This document shows positions 13,440 to 24,880 of a DNA stretch of 64,000 nucleotides, piece by piece. The stretch comes from Felis catus (Eukaryota). The notes under the pieces are model-generated. The model was not told where the DNA came from. It saw only the letters and a program-made list of their open reading frames with translations, and made no database searches. The DNA lies in assembly GCF_018350175.1 (NCBI RefSeq), contig NC_058368.1, positions 147,314,001-147,378,000 of the forward strand. Direction: 5' to 3'. Position numbers and translations under genes: made by a program. How positions within the stretch are numbered: the stretch's first letter is position 1; each line of letters begins with the position of its first letter.

Positions 13440-13662
13440 GGGGCGCCTGGTGGCTCAGTTGGTTGAGCGTCCGACATTGGCTCAGGTCAGGGTCTCACAG
13501 TTTGTGAGTTTGAGCCCCGCCTTAGGCTCTGTGCTGACAGCTCGGAGCCTGGAGCCTGCTTCGGATTCTGTGTCTCCCTCTCTCTACCCCTTTCCTGCTC
13601 ATGCTCTGTCTCTCTCTGTCTCTCAGAAAATAAATAAACCTTAAAAAAAATTTTTTTTGAAA
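13440..13662 (+). mobile_element. Can-SINE
   Basis: Perfect 14-bp TSD agaaatagcaacaa at 13426-13439 and 13663-13676. Confidence 0.95.
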
Positions 13663-15145
13663 AGAAATAGCAACAAAAACATCACACACTACAAATGTAA
13701 GGCACTGTCAATTTCAGGTTAGTGAGCTTAAAATACAACACTCAAGTTTTATTTTATTCATTTATTCCTGTTGGGAATATTTATGACTATAACTTTCTTC
13801 AGAGATATAGACTTTCCTGAGGATATGGCTCTCATATTAAACCCTGAAATTCACCATACATATTTGGAGACGGGGTCAAAGTGGTTAGTATAGTTTTATT
13901 TCTGTGGCACTGTATCAAACCCCTGAAATAGCAGTGAGTTAATAAAAGCCTTAGAAGAGAACTAAATTTGAAATGAATTAAATGAACAAAGTACCTTTTT
14001 AAAATAACATAATTAATTTTTTCATATACCACACAGTGATACTAATACATATAAAAGACAAGAAAAACACATTTAACAAATAAAGCATACTAAAATCCAG
14101 TAATTAGTAGTCAAAATGGCAAGCTGACAGTTTCATTTAATGAATCTTTCATTCAATCAATAGTTATTGTGCTTCTACTATGCATAAAGGTACTAGGTTA
14201 GGTGTATCAGACACAACGATAAGTAACTCAAACTGGTCCCTTACTACAAACACTATTACTTCTCTTCTTTAAAATTATTTTTCAAAAGGCAGCAAAACCT
14301 CTGAATTTTCCAAGGTTTATGCAGGTTGACAGAAATTTAACCCAAAACACATTTAGTTTTCCTATGTTAAACAGATACGGTCTACTTTTTATTTTTCTTG
14401 GTACTGATGTGAAAAAATATAGAAAATTTTCAACCTTAATCATGATATTGCCTTTAATCAAAGAGAAAATCTCTACACAAATTTACACAGGGCTAAATTA
14501 TTTAAAGTACAGCCATTTCCTTAATGGGAACAATTTGGCAATTATGGAAGTGATCCTGAATCCGTAAGTATATATGCCAATGAAGTACTTCACAGATGAA
14601 AACAAATTTGAAATATGATCAATGACTAATGAATACTTGCAAAGCAAAGTTTTAGAGAAGACTCTAAGGAACAATGCAGCTGTAATATAATCTTTCATTT
14701 ATTCAGTCTTGGAAAAGTAATGATTAGAAGAGCTACAAAATACTGACAGATATTATCAGTCACTAAAATAAGTTCTATTTTATTTAGAGAGACTAATTTA
14801 AATAAATTGACTTAGGAATTATTTTTCAGTGAGAATAAACTTTTAAATGTATATCAATATTAGAGAGGTAAGAAATGTATTATATTCGATTAGTACTTGT
14901 AGTGACTTTGAAATATAGTGTTAAGCATGAAAACGTATTTTTAAATGATTTGCGAACACCATTAATAAAAATATAATTTAATTATAAAACATAAATTATA
15001 AAATTGAGAGTACTATAGAGGAATAAACAGATTAGCAGCATATAGCAATCTTGTATAGAATACCCATACTACACCACACCAAATTTGGCAGTCACTCATG
15101 CAAACAAAGGGGGTAACTACTGAAATGCTTAAATCTTGCACTTAC

Positions 15146-15274
15146 CAACCTCCACAACACTAGAACAGTTGGGATCTGTGAAGCCATCTGGACACTCACA
15201 GGAAAAGGAATTGTCAGACAATCCTGGCAAACAAACACCGCCATTTTCACATGGATTGGGATCACAAATATCAC
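15146..15274 (-). CDS. EDIL3: Internal coding exon (exon 2, first EGF-like domain) of EGF-like repeats and discoidin domains 3 / Del-1
   Basis: Minus strand reads polypyrimidine acceptor ttctctgtttctttatttctcag|GT GAT ATT TGT ... GAG GTT G|gtaagt donor. Length 129 nt, phase 1-1. Translation (G)[42 protein letters not shown] has six EGF cysteines and matches recalled human EDIL3 [43 protein letters not shown]. Exon 1 and the short exon 3 were not found in the window. Confidence 0.96.
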
Positions 15275-15629
15275 CTGAGAAATAAAGAAACAGAGAATGA
15301 CTTTTCGCTTGCAGTCTTAGGCACTGAGATGTACTATTTCATACTCCATTTTCCTTTAGTAGAGTCACCACACTGTTTAGATTTACAGATAAGGTATGCA
15401 AGACCCATTTGAAACCTTGCACTTTTCAAAGACATGGTATGTAACATAAAATGAAATTTTCTATTCAAACACTGCATACCAAATAGCATACTAAAAGCTA
15501 TTAACTCATTTTGGGGTTCCTCCATTACATGTCAATAAAATATTGTCTGATTTGTTAAAGATTAATTGAAATATGTCTAGTAGAAAGATTTATTAATTAC
15601 TCCAATAAAAAAAAAACTTTTTAAATTCA

Positions 15630-16660
15630 TACACTTAACTCTGTAACTTTGCAATTTCTCTCTCTAAAGGGGTGAGGTTTATTTCTGGGCTTGTCCAGGC
15701 GACTTACTTTGGCCAATAGGATGTCAGGAGACTTGAAGCCAGCCAAGGTTTGAAAAAGCACTTGAATCTTTCTACTTCTTCAAACCCTGTCAGGACCATG
15801 AGAATAAATTCAGGCTAGTTTGCCTGAAGTGAGAGAAACATGTAACAGTAAGAAAGAAACTGGCACAGAGAAGTAAGTTGTGCCATAACCAGAACCTATA
15901 ATATATGGCATTGGCTTTGGTACTGGGTGGAAAGGCATCAAGAAAATGACTAGAGGAGCCTAGAGAAAACGTGAGGCTATCCATGTTATGTAGAGAAAAT
16001 CAGTTGGTAAGGTTGTTACCTGAGAAAAACTTTAGTGACAGAAATATACCTCATGACTTTTTACCTATGAATAATGAGATTTTCAGGCAGAATATTAAAG
16101 TGTCAGTTGGTTTTTAATAGCTGCATTGATACAGTACTACAAGAAGAGACATGCTAAATAAAGAAATGATAAGTGTGAAAGTAAAGAAAAGGAATATAGA
16201 GAGGAGGATTTGTGATAATTAACTGACCAACCGACCAACCAATAACAACCAAAACTATCTCAATGCCAGCCTCCCAAACCAGTGAAAGATCAAACCTGGA
16301 GCTTTGTCAGAAAGACATGGCCTCAACATAAATATAAAATTAAGGATATGGCTAGAAGGCCCTTGTGAAAATATTTCAAATAATTCAGGTACAGCCTGAA
16401 GACTCTCTCAGCTAAATAAAAGGGCTTCCAGAAGTCTTAAGGGTATTATCTCTGAACAGCCTGACACGCCCAGTGTACCACTGATTAAGTCTAGAGTGAA
16501 AAGCAGGCTTCAAGTCATGAGTGTGATTTTATTATACAGACAGGATGTAAATCAGATTCAGAGAAACCCATAGAGTTTTAAAGGGAGCTTGAAAGGGGAA
16601 AGTACCATCGCCTGATCAAGAGAAGAAGGTTTTTCAAAGTTTACAAAAGCATCTGTGTCC
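15630..16660 (+). mobile_element. MLT1-type MaLR LTR plus internal sequence, degraded
   Basis: gacttactttggccaatagga (MLT1 LTR motif), then tgccataaccagaacctataatatatggcattggctttgg (MLT-int-like start). Boundaries approximate. Confidence 0.6.
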
Positions 16661-17229
16661 CAACTTCCTACCACTTTCTGTTTCTTGGGAACTTTATTCC
16701 CTTATAGGAGCCTTCCAAAGAATTATTTCCTATATTTTCTAGATGAACCATTCTAAGACTTTAGAAAAATAAAAATGGAGGGTAAGATTTTGGTCACATT
16801 TATAAAGCAAGTCATTAGCTATATTAAGATGATAGATAAAAATACTAGCACTGGGATGGCCATAAGAAACGAGAGAGTCATGAAATAAGTGAATAAATAA
16901 AAGAATAAATATATGTTGGAAATATCATAGAATTTAGCATGGCTAGACAATGGATTACTTGGTTAGGAATGGCTGAGAAAGTATAAATATGTCAGATTAG
17001 TAAAGATTAAAAAGTTAACATTGTAACTTATAAGGTGAAGAGCCAATGAATGCTTTTAGCATGTATTTTAAAGTTTTGACATGGTCATATGTATATTTTA
17101 AGATGACTATCCTGGCAGCATTTTACAGAGTGAATTTGATTGGGGGGCTGATTACTGAGATATTTCAATAAACTTCCTATGTCTTTATATAACTAGCTAG
17201 CCATTCCGCCATTCCTCCATTTATCCTTC

Positions 17230-17866
17230 CATTTGTCCCTTTATCCCTCACCCCCCGCCCCATTGCTTGACTACCTATTCTATGCAGGCACCAAGGTCAG
17301 TGCTGAACATACAGAAGCATACAGAAGTAAATAAAGATAGTCTCTACCATTAAGAAGTATAGAGCCTAGTATGGGAGATAAAAAAGCAAGAACAACTACC
17401 ATACATAGTAAGAGCTGTAATTAGTCTACACAATCCAAAGTGTAGGATCAACAGAAACTTCTAAAAAGATTCAGTGCTGCGAGGTGAAACAACACAGGAG
17501 GAGGTACCTGCTCAACATTCTAGGCAAAGAGAATAGCATATACAAAGGAAAAAGATCATGGCTTATTCCAGGAATTTCAAGCAGGCCACAATAATTAGAG
17601 CATAGATGTATATGAGAGATAGAATGGAGCTCAGAAAGTAGCATGGTCGTGTAAATAAAGGCCTTATGTGCTGTGACAAAAAATTTGAAGATTCTCTCTA
17701 AGCACTGGAAAATCAGAAAAGGACTTTGTACATGGGAAAATATATGATCACATTTGTGTTTTGGAATGATGACTCAAACAGCATTGTATTGGATCCAATG
17801 GAAGAGTCACAGTTTAGGGCAAAAGAACTAAGCGTTAAACTCTTGAAGTAGTCCTAGCAAAAACTG
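17230..17866 (-). mobile_element. L2 LINE, left piece (3' end)
   Basis: ctacctattctatgcaggcacc...attctaggcaaagagaatagcatatacaaagg...gaagtagtcctagc, following the reverse-complement L2 consensus. Confidence 0.75.
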
Positions 17867-17954
17867 ATTTTCTCAACCCTCTTCAGAGATAGCTATGAAC
17901 AGGGAAAGCAATGGAAGCATGATTTAATTCCAATTCAGTTAATAAATACTAGGT

Positions 17955-18830
17955 AATAAAACAGGAAATTAAAGTCCCCCCAAATCACTACTATTCCTTC
18001 CCCCAGATAATTAATCTAGAAACAAAGGCATTATTGTTGAGATTTTCTATAAAAAGGCAATCACCAGTTTAAAAGCGAGATCATCGCTCTCTGCCCTAGA
18101 CACGAGCAAAGCAACACAGCTTTGTACTGTCAGACTAACAACACTGCCATCAGCTAACCCTGTACATTCCATGAAGTTGAGTAGTAACACCCAAACATTT
18201 TTTTGGATGAGACGTCAGTCATAATCCTGTGTATTGTCAGTACTACAAAAAGGGGAATTCTATATTCCCTAGACCAGGATCTGTTGTTGCAGCAATGTCA
18301 ACAGATCAAGGCACATTGTAGATGTATATAGATTCATCTGTACTCATAGAAGCAATGTCTACAGTAGAAAGGCAAGGCATGAGTGACAACCCAAAGGTTC
18401 TCAAGCATACAGAATACACTGATACACTTTTCTAAAATCAAGTACCTTTCATTATCGCTCTCACTCCTACAACCAAGTTCCTGCAACATTTATTAACTGA
18501 TGTGAGCTTAACAGCCCAGATAAAGTGAGCGACACACAAGGCTGGAATGTCCAGTCCCTTTGATTATCCCATCATGATGGGAAGTCTTGGTGTCCTAAGA
18601 AAATTTTCTTGGCACTTTTGATACCCTTTCTAGGTGATAATAACTTAACCTAATCGGTTTTCTACCATTTGACCAGGTGCGTCTGCCAGCCATATGACGT
18701 TTCTGTAATCAAAATCAGACAGGATGATCTGTTCCTCTCTCACTAGATCTTGTAGACACCAGCTGTTGTTTAGCTGACCTGTTTATTCTCTCTTGTCCTT
18801 GTACATTTTGTTCTTTTTCACTGATGTCTA
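17955..18830 (-). mobile_element. Degraded CR1/L3-like LINE 5' region (endonuclease N-terminus, possibly ORF1 C-terminus)
   Basis: Colinear minus-strand motifs across frameshifts: CLST...VDIAATT(E)SW (18374-18270), SWNVQG (near 18171), CVALLVS, FYR, NNAF, IVVIWGDFNF (G at 17979). Confidence 0.55.
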
Positions 18831-18904
18831 CTTAATTCTAATAAATTACACTTGTGAAAGTTCATCTTATATTTTTCCCCCTTATTGATATTTACTCAGT
18901 GTGT

Positions 18905-19115
18905 TTTTGAAAGGTAGAAAAGAGGTAATAAATTTGACCAAAATGTATCTTGAGGTAGAATCACAATGTATCTTGAGGTAGAATCAAGATAACAATGTGA
19001 TCAAACTGATGTAAGGGTTGAGAGAGAGCAAGGAATCTGGGTTGATTTCTAGAGTTTTTATCTGTATGACTGAGGGGTCACCTTCATAAGGAAATATAAT
19101 GGATTTAGTTTTAAA
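18905..19115 (-). mobile_element. L2 LINE, right piece (continuation of 17230-17866)
   Basis: gaggtagaatca...gatgtaagggttgagagagagcaaggaatc...gatttctagagtttt resumes the L2 consensus close to where the left piece stops. Confidence 0.6.
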
Positions 19116-19125
19116 GAAATTATTG

Positions 19126-19214
19126 TGTTTGAGAAGTTTGCATATTCCCTCTCTCTTTCTCTCTCTCCCCCTCCCTCCCTCAAAATAAATAAATAAATTT
19201 TTAAAAGAAAAAGG
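19126..19214 (+). mobile_element. Can-SINE tail-only fragment
   Basis: (CT)n + caaaataaataaataaa; flanking repeat gaaattattg at 19116-19125 and 19215-19224. Confidence 0.7.
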
Positions 19215-19471
19215 GAAATTATTGCTAGGCCCTTTCCACTTCAGTATAAATTTTCAGCTTATTCGCTTAGGGTCTCATATGTCAAGGTCTGTCTGAGATT
19301 TATAAAGGTCCCCACAGGTACCTGTGTTAGATGGACAATGTCAACAGAAAACAAAATTTTGGCCTTGGATAAAGTAGAGGATAGACAGCAGAAGCCCATC
19401 ACACATGATTAGGATTATTACAGACTGTGTTTTAAATCTGCCTCCCCACATCTAATTATTAAGTACACCCC

Positions 19472-19960
19472 TGTGTCAGGTGGGTTCTCCATGAAGTAAA
19501 TGCTAAGAAAAAGTTAAGAGTGCAACAAGATGAAGAAGTAATGCCTGTGAAAGAAAAATGAGGAGAAAGCAGAAATGGGCAGGAAAAGCCTTCATCCTGT
19601 GATGCGGATCTGACACCTGTGAAAAGAAATGGGGAAGGGGGGTGTGCAGGGATTGACGAAGAATCAAGCAAGGGAGCCTCAGTCTGTAACGCAAACTTGA
19701 TGAAGTCTTAGCCAGCCCACTAGGAAGCAAAGATTACCCTTTAGAGGAATCCTCCAAGGGCATAAATGACCAGGCACTGGTGCCCTTGCCATGTCCAATC
19801 ACCGGCTGGAGGTGGCCTAGGCACAAGGTGGCTCTAAAGCTCCAGTGAGAGATCCTGGATGTGCTGCAGAAGACTTGTTGGAGGTTAACTACATTCCTGG
19901 CAGCTGGACAGCTTCTTTTCTTGAAGGGATGCTACAGCAGCACGCTTCCCTGGGTGCCAC
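19472..19960 (-). mobile_element. ERVL solo LTR (LTR33/LTR16-like)
   Basis: tgtgtcaggtgggttctcc...taatgcctgtgaaag...gatgcggatctgacacctgtgaa, resembling reverse-complement LTR33. Confidence 0.7.
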
Positions 19961-21169
19961 ACTCCCCTTTCTCCCTCAGGACAGTCCTAGTTAGGATCGG
20001 GTACATAGACACCTCAGTCAAGTATCTGATCATATCTGAGCCTGTTGTTTTCTCTACTGACCCATTATCTCAATGGTTTGTACAGATGAAGCATGATCAT
20101 TTAAGTAGAAACAAATCCTCAAGCTGAAATTTCAAGTCCAATTAAAATGCACTGTAGGGACTTCTGATTCCTTGTCATTTCAATTAACCTGAGAAAGCAT
20201 CAGCTCAGGTAAGATTCCTGATTAAAATGCAAGAGATCCCTGGCCTTCAAATCAGCACTTTTTGTTTATTTCTCAATGGATGAATTGGTAGAGTTTTTTT
20301 TAAAACTAAGGTGGCAACCAGTACAAGAAAGCAGGCTCACTATAGGAAAATAGGACAATACACAATTTCATGGTTCTTTATTCCACTGTCAGCAGGCTCC
20401 TAAAATATACCTCTGCATATTGTAATCTGTGTGCAGCGTTATACCTTGATGCTTCTTGGCTGTCTGGCCTCACCTGCTTTAGATTAGGACAGATGTGTTT
20501 AATTTGAATCTAACTATGTTTTATGATTCCATCTGCAGTTTATGGCAGACTCAGGCAAATTAAGCTGATGCCGATTTGCCTTTTGGCAATAGAATGAAGC
20601 AATTATTTTTCCCAGGGGCAAGAAATCATTGCAGGCTAAATTTAACTTCTTGTTTGCCTGGTCTTTCTCCCACTCTCCAGGGTTCTGCTTGGACTGGGAT
20701 CATCCTGTCTGAGTCCACTGCCTACCTCATTCTTCTCACTGGCCCACCACCTGTTGCCAGTCACCTGTTCAAGGTGATTCGCAGATTGTCTTATTATAGC
20801 TCATTATTAATTTGCAATCCATGATCGTTTAGCCTACATAGCAAAGTGTATAGGCATCTATATCATGTAGCACTGAAGATGATGCAAACCCCCCACCAAA
20901 AAACCTAAAAGCCTATTATCTATCTATACCTTTATGATGGTGATTGTGTTTGTTTGTTTGGTTGGTTTTTCTTCTGTGAGCTCAGTATATAACTATGCAA
21001 CTTCTAATGCCAAGTAAAGGAGAAAATTCTATGTTGGCCATACTCAGGGAGTCAGGTGGACCGAAGAGCTAATTTTTCTCATCCGTGTTTAATCTCTCAG
21101 ATGATTTATGCATCTGGTTTTCTTTACATATTAGTGCCCCTCTCCAGTTCACAGATCAGAGAATCACCA

Positions 21170-21610
21170 ATCCATTCATCATGTATTGATATTCCAGAAA
21201 ACACCGTAGAGGCTGGGAATATAGCCTAGATGAAGACACATAAGGTGCCAGTACTCTCAAAGTTTATATTATAGTGAAGGGAATGCATAATGAAAAACTA
21301 AGAAATAAGAAAGCAAGGTATTGGTCACTGTAATAAAAACCATAGGAGGAGACACAGGAGGGGAATAGGCTGGTGGAAAGGGCAGTAAAAAGAACTGGTT
21401 ACTTAAGATAAACAATCAAGAAAGGCTTCTCGAAGGAGGTGTCACTCGAGCTGAAAACTGAAACATGAACACGTGCCAGTCATGTTAAAACCTAAGGAAG
21501 AGTCTTTTAGGCAGGGGAGTAGCATATGTCTGACCCTACTGAAAGGTAAGAGAGTAATGAACTCAAGAAAGTGAAAGGAGGCTAATGCACTTGGGACACG
21601 GTAACAAAAT
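21170..21610 (-). mobile_element. L2 LINE 3' fragment
   Basis: ccattcatcatgtattga...aaggcttctcgaaggaggtgtcactcgagctgaaa, reverse-complement L2. Confidence 0.7.
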
Positions 21611-23342
21611 GTCACTAAAAGTTTTTTGTCAGCAATACAATTTTAGTAGGAACCAATTTATAACTTAAAGCCCTACATTTGACTGTCTGTCTTCATGATA
21701 ACCAAGGGCATTTCTGCTAAGCTTATTCTTAATATTTATCAAACATCTACTGAAAATATATTATTGTATTTACATGCTAACCTTCTTATGCATTTGCATA
21801 GTGATCTTTTTTACATATGAATATATCTACATAGTACTACTAATGTATTCATCTATATACATGGCAATGTAAATATAGCAATCATTTATTTGGAGGAACG
21901 CATGCCTCCCCATTTTCTCTGTTCCTTTAGCAGTGCTAGATGCCACCCTGCCCTCTCTCCATTTCTGCAAAAAAAATGTGTACGCTGATGTAAAAATAAA
22001 AACAAAATAAAATGGCAACATATCACTCCAACAAGTTACTTCACCAATACAAAATATTATTTAATTTCTTCACTATCTTCCCACACTAAATGTGAACAAT
22101 ATTACCATACATATTTATGTGTGATAAAGTAAAACACAGTAACCAGTTAAACCCATGTTTCACAACTATGACAATTCTGGTCTGTGTATTACAACCTCAT
22201 CTTCAGTTTATTGCTCTCCCACTGAACTTGGTAGCTATACTCCTATCATTCCATTTACAAACTGAAAGAAAATAAAAGCTTTGTCTTCAACTGCACAAAT
22301 TAGAATTATAACCAGTCTGTAAACAGAGTACTTGGCAAAATGAGCCAAGCATAGTACACAAGTAAGCAATAACTCTAGTTAAAATGAGATAAAGTTCACA
22401 GGAATTTCCATACTCAACCTGGTAAAATTCCTCACAGAAAATTTTAGTATCCTTATGACTTACTGCCAGCGAAATTGTACACAACAAAATAAATGTCACT
22501 TTTGAATCAACCATAGGCCTCTCAATTTACTTTGGGGCCTCCTGAGTCTCCTGAGAGACCATTTGTGTTGAATATTGAAATTTCATTGCTGTATGTTCTA
22601 ATAAGTTTGATGCACAGATTTTTATTTTAATGCCTTCATTCATAAACTAAAGCTTATGAGTGTGGCCAGTTTAAATTTCATAAAAACCTGGTTAAAAAGA
22701 TTTGATCTGATTGTTAGCTTCATACGTGCTTTAAAAAATAAATTCTAGTTGATATTTCAGACCATTACTGCAATTAGGAGGAAGAGAGAAAGAAATAAGA
22801 ATGCCAATAAGAATAAGTTTATCTACATTGATAGGATCTGCCATTTTACTAGAAAATCACTGGACATACTTGCAATAAAAGACCACTAATGCTATACCCT
22901 GGGGTCTACAGGGTCCCCAAATGACCATACTCAGCTATGGAAGACACCAATATAATGACTGAGCAAAGAAACTTCTTAGACTCAGAGCCACACTAAAGCT
23001 AACTTAAAGCAGATTATCTCTCAGCTGTTATCCAGTGTTTATCACACTATTTCTAGAGACATTTTTCTTTTTAGATAAGGTTTTAAATGCTAAGGGAGTA
23101 CTGAAGAGAATTATAAGAAAATTAGCAAATATTATTGAGTATTGACAATGAGAATTTTGCATCCTTTAACACACAGCTTCAATCAAGGCTAACTGCATGA
23201 AAAGACAAAACTATTTCAGGCTCTACATTTTGAAAGAAAATCTTTGGGCATATTTTGTATTTTAAAACACTCTGGAGAGTCTCTTAAAATAACAAAATCT
23301 AGAGTTTTTAGAATTGAAAGGGACATCAGAAATGATCTAACC

Positions 23343-23445
23343 CAGTGGTTCTCAAAATTTGCTGTATATTATAATCACAGGGGAGCTTTTCAAATTCCGG
23401 ATGCCCAGTCCAATTAAATCAGAATCACGGAGGGTAAGACCCAGC
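23343..23445. mobile_element. MER5A-like hAT-Charlie MITE fragment
   Basis: cagtggttctcaaa terminus and ccaattaaatcagaatc motif. Confidence 0.75.
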
Positions 23446-23884
23446 CCTCCACATTTATTTACATTCACCCAAACATGTCAACGTATTAAAGAGAAGGAAA
23501 AGAAGTCACATAAAGTGAGGAAGGAAAGAAAGAAGGGGAAGAAGGAAAGATGGAAGAAAGAAAGTTCATACTTTTCGGCTTTCAATTGAGAGAAAAGCAA
23601 ATGAAGAAAAATACTTGACTAGCTTTCTTTGTTAGTATACTCTGAGTTATGAAAAATTCATTTGCAGGAAGCCAGAACTGACAACTGGAAAATAAAGGTA
23701 TACAGTATGTTAGAGAAATTAGAATGGATACCACTTAACACTAACATACATTGAATTCCTCTCAAATAATTAGTTAAAACTTTGTAAATTACCAGAAAAT
23801 TCAACTATATGGAATTCTCAAGTACTGTTGACTATATTTCTACCTGTTGACTATATTATTTCTACCTATGAAGAATATCCATTT

Positions 23885-24880
23885 GTCATTCAGTCAATAT
23901 TTACTGAAGGCCATCTATGCTCCATTAAAAGTGATAACTGCTGCACATACTATAGGACCTCTGACAGACGATTACTTGTTCTCTAGCATTTAAGAAAAGA
24001 CACAAATAAATTGGAAAGTAGTTACTACTGCATGTTAGGTCCAGGAACAAGAAAACTGTGTGTGCCAAGGGAGTATGTTGGGGGGATGAAACACCAAACT
24101 CAGAACTGTGATTTAGGAAGCCTTCCCCAAATCAAGTGATTCCCAATTCAAGACGAGAGAACTAGTGGAAACCGGATAGGCAATGACGTGGGACAAGTAC
24201 GTGAAACCAGGCAGCAGAGCCAGAGCATAGGTTCAAGAAACAGGAAGAAACTCACTTTGGCTAGAGAGAAGAGTGAACAGAAATGGCAAGAGGCAAGGCT
24301 GAAGAGTACAAAGTGCCCAGGATACCCAGTGTCTTGAAGACACTCATAAGAAGTCTGGCCATTCCTTAGCAAAAAGGACAGCCATTTAAGGGTAGTAAGC
24401 AGAAGGGCTGACATGATTTGGATGTCAAGTAGTAGGGAGAATGGATTACAAGGAGGCAAAATTTAAGGGTGGCAGATCAGTTAGAAAGTGGCAGATGTTA
24501 TTCTGACACACACATTGCTGGCTTGGATTAGAATACCAAACACAGAAATGGAGAGAAATGGATCCCAAAAGATATACTGAGGGACCAAATTTATGGGTCT
24601 GATGGTTGAAAGGAAAGAGAACTAAAAATTAAACTACATGTCAAAATTCAACAAAAAGTTCTGCCTTTCATTTTGATGGAAAACATGGTCTAGGGAGCAA
24701 GTTTGGGGATGGTGGTCAAAGGGGATGATGGATTCCATTTTGGAAATGAGTGGACCTAAGTGCCTACAGACATGCAGTTGGAGATATTCAGTGAGAACTT
24801 GGTTTTAGGACTTTGAACCTGGGGAGAAAGGTTTGGGCTAGAGATAGGTAAATTAACACAGAGTGGATTTTTTAAATCAT
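23885..24880 (-). mobile_element. L2 LINE fragment
   Basis: cattcagtcaatatttactgaaggccatctatg terminus followed by ~1 kb of purine-rich reverse-complement L2-like sequence. Confidence 0.7.

Noticed and set aside
1..15145. Search for the 30-nt EDIL3 exon 3 (ASDEEEPTSA)
   Set aside because: No matching sequence with splice sites was seen; it probably lies beyond the left edge of the window.
15092..15274. ORF-track 60-aa [13 protein letters not shown]...
   Set aside because: It is the wrong reading frame of the EDIL3 exon; the EGF frame with canonical splice sites explains the segment.
18100..18620. Faint resemblance of some frames to bornavirus N, M or G (QIK*ATHKAGMSS, LQELGC, RNLVVG), i.e. 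a possible endogenous viral element
   Set aside because: Matches are short, on inconsistent strands and spacing, and stop density is near random. The colinear CR1 endonuclease motifs explain the region better; a tblastn with Bornaviridae proteins would settle it.
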